Virus record (IMG/VR): IMGVR_UViG_3300007770_000007
Location: 1 to 64,000 of that record
DNA length: 64,000 nucleotides
Strand: one strand, 5' to 3'
Origin: a virus
The stretch's first letter is position 1, and each line of letters opens with the position of its first letter. A model generated the notes under the pieces. The model was not told the DNA's origin and ran no database searches. It saw nothing but the letters and a program-made list of their open reading frames with translations. Positions 9,163 through 16,904 of this stretch are shown one piece after another. A program made the position numbers and the translations under genes.

Positions 9163-10316
9163 TGAAGATCGAAGCCGCCAAAGTTGACCTGGAAACCGCC
9201 TTGCAGGTCGCCCGCCTTGTGGTGGGGACAACGGGGAATGACCTCTCCACTCATTATTTGTTCCGGGCCACGGAGGGCGGGGCCGAGGTTCTCGCCTACT
9301 GCCAACGGGTTTTCGCCCGTGCCCCTCTCAAGTGCAGTGTGGAGGGGGATGAGGGGGATGCTTTCACGGTGGAGGCTTGGCGGCTGGACAAGTGGCTTGG
9401 CGGTGTGTCGGGTACTTCCCTTACGCTTGAATCTGGAGAAGGCGGCAAAGTGTCGGCCTCTGGCGGTCGCAGCAAGATCCGGCTTCGCTCTCTTGACCCC
9501 ACCAAGTTCCCTTATTGGGACAACACCTTCTCGGAAGCTGAGGATGCAGGGTGTGTGTCTTCCGTTCAGCTTGCTGCTGCCTTGGGGTACTCCAAGAGGT
9601 TCGTGGCGGCTGAGGACACCACTCGGCCTGCCATTAGTCAGGTGGAGGTGATTGACGGGGTGCTGTGGTCGTCTGATCGACGGACAGTTTCTTTGGTTGA
9701 GGTGGAGGGGCTGGAAAACAGCAACCTTCGCGTTGCAGGGAAGGATGTGAGCACCCTTGCACGGTTCTTGTCTCAATCTGTGGGTCCGGCAGGGGCCAAG
9801 TCATTGGACACCAGCACGGTTTCCTTGTTTCAGCACGATGCTGCCTTTTTCATTGCCCGAGAGGACGGTTCCCATTTGGGTGTTTCGAGGCCGCAGGCTG
9901 AGTTTCCCCTTCTCAAGGTTGATCGAGAAGCTGATGATGAGGCTTCTTTCACGGTGGCTTGTGAGGATCTCCGGTCGGCAGTGTCGGTCCTCTCCGCTTC
10001 TGCCCCCAAGGACAACACCGGAGTGCGTGTACGCGCCAATGGTGAGGGGGTGATCCTGTCGATGTCTTCTGAAGCGGGGGGAGACGATGAGTACCCGGTC
10101 CCGTGTAGCTCTCTGGAGAACGCAGATGTTTTTTCGGAAGAGGGTTTCGTCGTGGACTATTCTTACTTGCTGGGGATCATCGACCATTTCGGTCTTGGTG
10201 ATCTGAACCTTGGCGTCAACCGTCGCGGAAAGGGCGGCTTCGTGGCCTTCCGTCACGCGGAGACCTTCGGCTCTACCGATAGCAACTATCATACGGTGGT
10301 TGTGTGGAGGCAGTAG
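9162..10316 (+). CDS. dnaN: DNA polymerase III beta-like sliding clamp
   Basis: 384 aa, three-domain length; LDPTKFP and AAEDTTRPAISQV match DnaN inter-domain motifs; DnaX nearby. Confidence 0.75.
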   Translation: MKIEAAKVDLETALQVARLVVGTTGNDLSTHYLFRATEGGAEVLAYCQRVFARAPLKCSVEGDEGDAFTVEAWRLDKWLGGVSGTSLTLESGEGGKVSASGGRSKIRLRSLDPTKFPYWDNTFSEAEDAGCVSSVQLAAALGYSKRFVAAEDTTRPAISQVEVIDGVLWSSDRRTVSLVEVEGLENSNLRVAGKDVSTLARFLSQSVGPAGAKSLDTSTVSLFQHDAAFFIAREDGSHLGVSRPQAEFPLLKVDREADDEASFTVACEDLRSAVSVLSASAPKDNTGVRVRANGEGVILSMSSEAGGDDEYPVPCSSLENADVFSEEGFVVDYSYLLGIIDHFGLGDLNLGVNRRGKGGFVAFRHAETFGSTDSNYHTVVVWRQ

Positions 10317-10951
10317 GCCATAAGCGACGGCTTGCGGAACTACGCGACAACCTCTCCCGTGCCCAAGGCCGTAGGGATTCCGTTCAGGAGCGCATGGCTT
10401 CAGGGGAGGCCGTGGTTGCGTCCTTGGAAGCCGAGGGGCAAATCCTGGATCGTGTGGCCGACCTTCTGCGTCTTCTCATAGACCAGGAGATCGCCGCCAA
10501 TGCCCAGGCTGCTGAATCGTTGTTGACGGAGGGCCTTCGTACCGTTTTCGATGACATGGACCTTTCAGTTCGCAGTGAGATCGACGTTCAGCGAGGTCGT
10601 GTAGCGGTCAACCTGTTCACAGTCCAAAGACAGCCTGATGGAACCATCACCGATGCCCCTTCGACCGAGGGTTACGGGGGTTCCGTTACAGCCGTACAGT
10701 CGGTGCTTTTGCGTGTGGTTGTGGTGTTGCGTCGAGGTATGCGGCCCTTGCTCTTGCTGGATGAGTCTTTGGGGGCGGTAGCGGAACACTATGTCCCCCG
10801 TGTCGGCCAGTTCCTGACACTGCTCGCTGAACGGGTAGGTATGGATATACTCGCGGTCACCCATAATCGTGTCTTGGTGGAAGCTGCCAACAAGGCGTAC
10901 CGCATCAAAAAGGTTGGAAGCTCGGCCAGCTTTGAAGAGGTCCGTACATGA
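10304..10951 (+). CDS. SbcC/Rad50-like ATPase, C-terminal half (signature, Walker B, H-loop)
   Basis: Short coiled coil, then GYGGS, LLLLDESLG, VTH; no Walker A. Confidence 0.85.
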   Translation: MEAVGHKRRLAELRDNLSRAQGRRDSVQERMASGEAVVASLEAEGQILDRVADLLRLLIDQEIAANAQAAESLLTEGLRTVFDDMDLSVRSEIDVQRGRVAVNLFTVQRQPDGTITDAPSTEGYGGSVTAVQSVLLRVVVVLRRGMRPLLLLDESLGAVAEHYVPRVGQFLTLLAERVGMDILAVTHNRVLVEAANKAYRIKKVGSSASFEEVRT

Positions 10952-11358
10952 AAAGTGCCGGGGAAGTCGCACAGAAGCTAAAGCAGGCTCGCTTTCGACA
11001 TATCAAGCGAGTTCTGGCCAAGGCCGTGCGTACCTCACCGGATCTTTCTGACGCTGCGAAGGACAACTTGAAGAAGGAGCTAAAGAAAACCTTTGAGGGC
11101 GCTTCTGTCTCAACGATTGCCCCGCTCTATCCTGATGTCGCTGTCTTGATGTGGGTGCTTTCGGATTCGGTGGACACCGAGGACAGCTTGATGCCGGGAG
11201 CAACCCTGGTTGGCTCCTTGGGAGGCATCCCTCTTTGGGCTGACACTCCAGAGGAAGCTGTCCAGGCCCAACACCACCTTGACCGTCTTGTTGACCGTCT
11301 CCAGGAGATAGAGGGGGAGGTGTCGAAACCCTGGTGGAAGAGGGCGTTCTCATGGTGA
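10948..11358 (+). CDS. Hypothetical protein
   Basis: ATGA-coupled ORF ending KPWWKRAFSW. Confidence 0.7.
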   Translation: MKSAGEVAQKLKQARFRHIKRVLAKAVRTSPDLSDAAKDNLKKELKKTFEGASVSTIAPLYPDVAVLMWVLSDSVDTEDSLMPGATLVGSLGGIPLWADTPEEAVQAQHHLDRLVDRLQEIEGEVSKPWWKRAFSW

Positions 11359-11876
11359 CCCTTACCCAGATGATCCCCTACGACTTGGGCAAGAAGACAC
11401 CTCTTCTTGTAGAGGTTCCGGTGGATCGGGAGTTGGCTCCGTATTTGGTGTCCTCGTCCAAGTCTGCTCTCTGGATTGAACGCCCCCACCCCAACAACTG
11501 TGTTCGGGCTGCGGTGACCAATCACCAAGGTCACGCTAAATCCCTCATCGAGCATATTGCAATCAAAGGGGACGCCGAAGAATGGGGGAACTGCCACCCT
11601 CTGTCAGAGAAGGGGGTTCGGGAGGCCCTGGCCCATCTCCAATACTATGGGTTTGGGGATGTAGAGGTTCTCTTTTCGCCCTCTACCCGCGATGTAGGAA
11701 TCCCCGAGGGTGTCCCGGTTCGAGAAGCTCCTTGGGTTCCTAAAGGGTGGGCGGTTGTGGTTCCTGTTGACCGTTCTTTTGTAGGCACCACCCTCTGCTT
11801 CAAGGAGGGCCTCTTCGCTACGGTGGTTCATAATGCTGCGCGGGGTGTGGCGGTCCTGATTGGCGACCCCGAGTGA
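11352..11876 (+). CDS. Hypothetical protein
   Basis: Coupled ORF in operon. Confidence 0.7.
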   Translation: MVTLTQMIPYDLGKKTPLLVEVPVDRELAPYLVSSSKSALWIERPHPNNCVRAAVTNHQGHAKSLIEHIAIKGDAEEWGNCHPLSEKGVREALAHLQYYGFGDVEVLFSPSTRDVGIPEGVPVREAPWVPKGWAVVVPVDRSFVGTTLCFKEGLFATVVHNAARGVAVLIGDPE

Positions 11877-12571
11877 AAAGGTGGCTTCGAGAAGCATTGT
11901 CATCGTTGAGCTTGTCGGAAGATGCGGAAGCATATGTCCTCGGGCGCGGCCTTCCAGAAGCATTGGTGTCTGACATTGGGATTGGGGTTTGGACCCCTCC
12001 CCCTACCTCTGCCCCTGATTCAGATTTTCGAGGATGGCATGGCTCTCTGGTGGTTCCTACTTGGTCTCCGCGAGACGAGGTGGTTGGCTTGGAGTTTCGG
12101 GCGTGGGGGGATCGACCGAAAGCGGTCAAGAAGTACCACCTTCCTGAAGCACGTTGGATTCCCACGTTTGTTGGACTCACTCCTTCCACTTTTCGCCGGA
12201 TCTGGGATGGCGGGGATGTCTGGATAGTCGAGGGGGTCTTTGATCTTGCCTTGGCCCACGCTGTCCCGGATAAGGACGTGGTGCTTGCCACAGGCGGGGC
12301 TGCACTTCGGAAACGCCACCTCCTTTTTCTACAGCGGTATGTTTCTTCTACCTCTTTCGTCCACCTTGTCTTTGACGAGGATGAGACAGGCCGCCGACAG
12401 GCTACGGGGTTCACTGACGAGCGCACGGGGAAGTGGGTTCCGGGGGTCCCCCGTCGTTTGGAGCGGGTGGGCGTCCGGTGTCGGGATGTTCGTTATCGGG
12501 GAGGGAAAGACCCCGGAGAGGTCTGGGAGCGTTCTGGCACCTCTGGCCTGCGGAAAGCCTTTCGGCTTTGA
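11873..12571 (+). CDS. dnaG: DnaG-type primase catalytic (TOPRIM) domain without zinc-binding domain
   Basis: YVLGRGL, KY, IVEGVFD, VFDEDETG, KDPGE motifs. Confidence 0.8.
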   Translation: MKRWLREALSSLSLSEDAEAYVLGRGLPEALVSDIGIGVWTPPPTSAPDSDFRGWHGSLVVPTWSPRDEVVGLEFRAWGDRPKAVKKYHLPEARWIPTFVGLTPSTFRRIWDGGDVWIVEGVFDLALAHAVPDKDVVLATGGAALRKRHLLFLQRYVSSTSFVHLVFDEDETGRRQATGFTDERTGKWVPGVPRRLERVGVRCRDVRYRGGKDPGEVWERSGTSGLRKAFRL

Positions 12572-12582
12572 GGGTCTTATTG

Positions 12583-12610
12583 GGGGGTCTGACCGTCCTG
12601 CTGGCGGGTA
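12583..12610 (+). promoter_or_regulatory. Putative early/middle promoter GGGGGT-N17-GGGTA
   Basis: Exact motif, intergenic. Confidence 0.55.
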
Positions 12611-12648
12611 AGAGTGTGTGACCCTTTACGGGAGATAGGAGTTTCAAC

Positions 12649-13215
12649 ATGGCTGTTGAGTATTGGAAGGCGAACGACGAGATCCACCAGAAGATCCTGG
12701 ACTTGATTGGGCAGCACCACCCTGACCTTGCTTTGGTGTCGGATGAGGTGGTGTGCGTGTTCCGGGAAAAGGCGGGAAAGACTGGAGGCCAAGTGGTTCT
12801 CGGGTCTTCCAAGAAGGTCGCTCCTCTGGCTAATGCCCTTGCTGGGCAGAGCTTCAAGTTCGTCCTGGAGCTTGCCGCTGATCAGTGGGAGCAGGAGTTG
12901 ACGGGGAAGCAGCGCGAAGCGTTGTTGGACCACCTCCTGACTGCCTGTCGGTGTGAGGAAGATCCCAACAGCGGGGAGTTCAAGTGTTCTGTGGCGAAGC
13001 CTGACATCATGGCTTTCCGTGAGAATGTTGAACGCTACGGAATGTGGTTTCCTCAAGAAGAGGACGAGAGCGCCACACCCGTGATTGAGATGTTCGGAGA
13101 GGCTGACAAAGTGCCGGATCAGCCGACGGACGTGGATGAGATCCTTGATGAACTTCTCGACTCCGATGAAGGAGAGGACCATCTCGGTGAAGCAGACCGT
13201 CTTGGTGACATTTAG
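12649..13215 (+). CDS. Phage metallopeptidase-like protein with degenerate HExxH
   Basis: HPDL, W..L...QREALLDH, PDI..F...VERYG family pattern; HLLTA instead of HExxH. Confidence 0.7.
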   Translation: MAVEYWKANDEIHQKILDLIGQHHPDLALVSDEVVCVFREKAGKTGGQVVLGSSKKVAPLANALAGQSFKFVLELAADQWEQELTGKQREALLDHLLTACRCEEDPNSGEFKCSVAKPDIMAFRENVERYGMWFPQEEDESATPVIEMFGEADKVPDQPTDVDEILDELLDSDEGEDHLGEADRLGDI

Positions 13216-13572
13216 GTGTGGGGTCTTGAGACCATAAAGCAGATCAACAAGGAGGCAGCCGAGGCTGCCAGGAAGCGGGAAGCCGCTCCCCATCTTGTTG
13301 TCGAGGCGTCTTCCCTGAAGGAGTGGCCTCCTTTCCCGTTCCCCCACCTTGGCTATGCCTGTGACGACGTAGACAAAACCCACTCCCGGCTGAAGACTTT
13401 CTTCGTAGATTCTTCTGGGTTGGGGGGTCCGGGGGAGCCAGCACTCACCACAGATGCCTTCAAGAAAGCCCTTGCGGAGCTTTTGGAGGCAGAAGGCCCT
13501 CTTCTCTTGGCTCTCGAAGAGGTAGGACAGTTTCAAGTCTATGTAGCGGTATGGCGGGCCAATGGCGTTTGA
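13216..13572 (+). CDS. Hypothetical protein
   Basis: ORF in operon; FFVDSSGLGGPGEPAL motif. Confidence 0.7.
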   Translation: MWGLETIKQINKEAAEAARKREAAPHLVVEASSLKEWPPFPFPHLGYACDDVDKTHSRLKTFFVDSSGLGGPGEPALTTDAFKKALAELLEAEGPLLLALEEVGQFQVYVAVWRANGV

Positions 13573-14956
13573 TACCAAGTATCGACCTCTCACCTATGAC
13601 GAGGTGCTGGGACAGGACGCCACAGTAGAGGTCTTGCGCCAGTTCGTGCGTGAGGGTCGGGGCTTCCACCAATCCTATGTATTCTGCGGGCAACACGGCT
13701 CTGGCAAGACCACCTTGGGTCGCATCCTGGCCCGCTCACTCCTTTGCGAGAACCCCCAAGAAGGAGGGCCTTGCGACTCTTGCACCTCTTGCATCTCTAT
13801 TCTGGAGAAGGGTGCTTCAGAATGCTTTGTCGAACTCGATGCTGCCACGAAGTCAGGCAAGGCTGACGTAGCCAAGATTGTAGAGGACATCGGATACGCC
13901 ACCTTTAGCGGTAAGCGGTGCATTTACCTCTTTGACGAAGCACACCGGCTTTCCAAGCAGGCGCTCGATGCGCTGTTGAAGCCGATGGAGGATTGTGTCC
14001 AGGGGGTCGAGGACAAACAGTTGGTGTGCATCTTTGCCACCACAGAGCCAGACAAGATGCGCTCTACTATCTTTTCTCGATGCGCCCCGGCCTTCGTCAT
14101 CAGGCAGGTGAGTTCCAAGGCCATTGGGGAGCGATTGGCACAGGTCTGTTCCCAGGAAGGCTTGGAGTATGAGTTGCCTGCCTTGGAGCTTATCGCTGAC
14201 CACAGCGAGAGCCATATTCGTGACGCCCTCAAGATGGTCGAGGGCGTTTCTATGGTGGGGCCTGTAACCACCGCTGCGGTTTCATCGTATCTTCGCCTGG
14301 ACGCTAACCAGTTGGTGTGGGACCTTCTCCAGAGCATCAAGGCTGACTTGCCGATGGCGTTGCTCTCAGCCAAGACCTTGTCCGATGAGGTTTCCCCCTC
14401 CGTAGCCTACGAGCGCATCGCGGCAGCCGCTCTTCTGGCTTATGAGACAACGCTGGGGGTGGGGAAAGTTCCTCGCTACTGGGACGAGGAACAAGTGGCG
14501 GCATTGGGGTCTTCTTTAGGAGAGGGCCTGTTGCCTATCGCAGAGGTTTTCGCGGCCCCTCCCCGTCGCCCCACAAGGCGTTCCCTTGTGCTTGACGTTG
14601 CCCGTTCGCATCACGGGACCGGGGTCTTTGTGGCAGCCCCCGGAATCACGCCTGCCGCACCCTCTACACAACGGGAAGACTTGTCACTGTCAAGGGTGGG
14701 TACTGTTGACAGACGTAAGGAGTCTGCTCGTGCTGCCCACACCACTAAATCAGGGGTTTTCGTTGATCCTCGTGCTGTTGGAAGCGGTACAGGGGTCGGC
14801 AAGCAGCCGGTTTCACGGGACAAACCGCCTACTATCAACGATTCAAGCGCCGCTCTTGAGCCGCATGTTTTCCAGACCATCCTTCAAGTCCGTCTGGCAG
14901 AGTTGAGGCGGCAACGTGGCAGATTCTCGGGACGAAACAACATGGGTGGTTCTTGA
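13562..14956 (+). CDS. dnaX: DNA polymerase III gamma/tau clamp-loader ATPase
   Basis: KYRP, GQHGSGKTT, C4 zinc module, DEAH, SRC. Confidence 0.93.
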   Translation: MAFDTKYRPLTYDEVLGQDATVEVLRQFVREGRGFHQSYVFCGQHGSGKTTLGRILARSLLCENPQEGGPCDSCTSCISILEKGASECFVELDAATKSGKADVAKIVEDIGYATFSGKRCIYLFDEAHRLSKQALDALLKPMEDCVQGVEDKQLVCIFATTEPDKMRSTIFSRCAPAFVIRQVSSKAIGERLAQVCSQEGLEYELPALELIADHSESHIRDALKMVEGVSMVGPVTTAAVSSYLRLDANQLVWDLLQSIKADLPMALLSAKTLSDEVSPSVAYERIAAAALLAYETTLGVGKVPRYWDEEQVAALGSSLGEGLLPIAEVFAAPPRRPTRRSLVLDVARSHHGTGVFVAAPGITPAAPSTQREDLSLSRVGTVDRRKESARAAHTTKSGVFVDPRAVGSGTGVGKQPVSRDKPPTINDSSAALEPHVFQTILQVRLAELRRQRGRFSGRNNMGGS

Positions 14957-15461
14957 ACTGACAAGGCTCGGGGAGCAGAAGGCAGAGGAGGGAGAGCTTC
15001 CTGTGCTGCTGCAAGACGCCCTGAATGTTGGAAACGACTGGCCCGTGTTCGTTCCCTGCGTGGTCTACGAGCGTGACAACACGCGCATTGTCCTCAATAT
15101 GATGGAGGGCTACGTTTTTGTCGCTGCCGGGTTACCAGAGAGTACCTACATCGCTCTCGAACACGATTGCGCCTACATCCGTCAAGTGTTGTGTCACCAC
15201 CAACAGGGTGGTGTGGCCGTTCTATCAACGATTCCTGATTCAAACCTTGACGAGATACGGGCCGGTCTTCGTAAAATGATCGCGGTGGAGATTGAAACGG
15301 GTATGCAGGTCGAGGTGGTGGACGGGCCATACGCGGGGTTGTCTGGAAACGTGGTAGAGCTTGAGGGGGACAATGCTCATGTCTACGTTGAGATGAGGTC
15401 CCTCAAGGCTATACGGTCCATTCCTCGCACCGTACTTCGGCCTAAAACAGCAAACGGGTAG
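14916..15461 (+). CDS. nusG: NusG-family transcription elongation/antitermination factor
   Basis: NGN-like N-domain (WVV, FVP, EGYVFV) and KOW GMQVEVVDGPYAGLSG. Confidence 0.8.
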   Translation: MADSRDETTWVVLELTRLGEQKAEEGELPVLLQDALNVGNDWPVFVPCVVYERDNTRIVLNMMEGYVFVAAGLPESTYIALEHDCAYIRQVLCHHQQGGVAVLSTIPDSNLDEIRAGLRKMIAVEIETGMQVEVVDGPYAGLSGNVVELEGDNAHVYVEMRSLKAIRSIPRTVLRPKTANG

Positions 15462-15468
15462 GTGGCGA

Positions 15469-16083
15469 ATGTCGAGTAGTTATTGGTGCGGACATAAGAT
15501 TTTAGATCCGCAAGACATGGAGCGTCAGTTCTCCACGGAGGACAGTCTGGCTCACCTTGACTGCACCGGCACCGAGTACATGTCGGAGAGCCGCACCTCC
15601 CAGTTGGCCGAGGTTCGCGCCGTTCTCGACTCCATCCCTCCCAGGGAAGCAGATTTCGTTGAACTGTATTTCTTCAAGCGGGTTCGGCAGACGGCTATCG
15701 CAGACATCTTCAATGTCTCACAGCCCACGGTCTGCTATCGGCTCCAGCGTGCAGCGGCCCGAATCAAGTATCTTTTGGGTCTTCCTGAACATGATTTGGG
15801 CGAGATGCGCGTGGAACTCTCGAAGGTTCTCGGTGATCCGGTCGATGTTGACGTCATGATCGGGATGGTCGAGACCACTTGCCAGAGCGAGGTAGCCAAG
15901 AGGATGGGGGTTTCCCAAGGCTTTGTCCGTCATCGCTTCCTCCGCACAATCGCTGCTTTGGAGCAGATGCCGGGGATGGACGGGTACGTTGCTGTGTTCA
16001 AGCATGTGTCGGGGAACTTGAACATTCTTCGCGAGGTACAGCGGGCCAAGTGGTCTGAACCGGTGATTTACTTGGTTACCTGA
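15469..16083 (+). CDS. Sigma-70 region-4-like tandem HTH transcription regulator
   Basis: LDSIPPREADFVELYFF..QTAIADIFNVSQPTV and a second HTH QSEVAKRMGVSQGFV; last gene of the early block. Confidence 0.7.
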   Translation: MSSSYWCGHKILDPQDMERQFSTEDSLAHLDCTGTEYMSESRTSQLAEVRAVLDSIPPREADFVELYFFKRVRQTAIADIFNVSQPTVCYRLQRAAARIKYLLGLPEHDLGEMRVELSKVLGDPVDVDVMIGMVETTCQSEVAKRMGVSQGFVRHRFLRTIAALEQMPGMDGYVAVFKHVSGNLNILREVQRAKWSEPVIYLVT

Positions 16084-16086
16084 TCT

Positions 16087-16101
16087 CGGTGTTCCTCTTA
16101 T
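16087..16101 (+). promoter_or_regulatory. Putative late promoter CGGTG-N7-TAT
   Basis: Matches a motif found at 14 late gene starts. Confidence 0.6.
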
Positions 16102-16144
16102 TGAGCATGTCCCGTGAAGGGCGCGTTCCTTCGGAGGACAAGTT

Positions 16145-16459
16145 ATGCCGAAGTCAAAACCTTCTCACCGCCGCGTGGCTATGGCGAAGCGGCTGGCGCG
16201 AAGATGGATCAAGGCCAACGTGCGCCCCGAGTACCGGATCACCGTGTACATGGGTCCCAAGGGTCTTCGCAATCTTCCGGGACTCCTCCGTTCTTTCCGT
16301 GATGGCAAGATCAAGGTTGGATCTGTAGACCCTGTTCGCGATCTCGGAGTCAAAGCCGGGTTTGATCATGTTGAACTTTGGTCAGCTAACCGTGAAGGGC
16401 TTGTCGAGTTGGACGAGTGGCTTCAGGCGGTGGGCTGTGAAACAACTGGCGTTTGGTAG
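16145..16459 (+). CDS. Hypothetical late protein with basic N-terminal RRVA/KRLARRW tag
   Basis: GGAGG RBS; motif shared with other head-region proteins. Confidence 0.75.
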   Translation: MPKSKPSHRRVAMAKRLARRWIKANVRPEYRITVYMGPKGLRNLPGLLRSFRDGKIKVGSVDPVRDLGVKAGFDHVELWSANREGLVELDEWLQAVGCETTGVW

Positions 16460-16467
16460 GGGGGATC

Positions 16468-16896
16468 ATGGCTGCCGCATTGGTTCTTTCGGAGTTTAGT
16501 TACACGTCTGGGTCTGCTTCGGACCAGTACCTATTCACGGTCGTTTCCGACTCCCAAGGCAACCTTTCAGTGCGCGACATCCAGAATGCTTACGGCATGG
16601 TGGTAAGTCCGTACTCCCGTATCCCCAAATCCGTTGAAGACGACATTCATTCCGCAATCTCACAGGTGGAGGCGCTAATGGCTGCTACATCCGCAGTGAA
16701 CGGCACTCTCACGTTCACTGATTCGCACGAAGAAACCTTCACGTTTGTAGAGGCCATGACGGACGCGCACTACCGCGTCGTGCTTTCCAGTGACGCCTTT
16801 GTTCCGTTGCGGATTAGTGCCCAGACGACCACAACTTTTACTGTCCAAGCCGGTGCCGACTTTTCAGGCACTGTGGGCTTCGACGTGTTCGTGTGA
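16468..16896 (+). CDS. Putative virion structural protein (beta-rich)
   Basis: C-terminal module TFTF...D..YRVV similar to the C-terminus of the next protein. Confidence 0.6.
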   Translation: MAAALVLSEFSYTSGSASDQYLFTVVSDSQGNLSVRDIQNAYGMVVSPYSRIPKSVEDDIHSAISQVEALMAATSAVNGTLTFTDSHEETFTFVEAMTDAHYRVVLSSDAFVPLRISAQTTTTFTVQAGADFSGTVGFDVFV

Positions 16897-16904
16897 GGTA
16901 GAAG

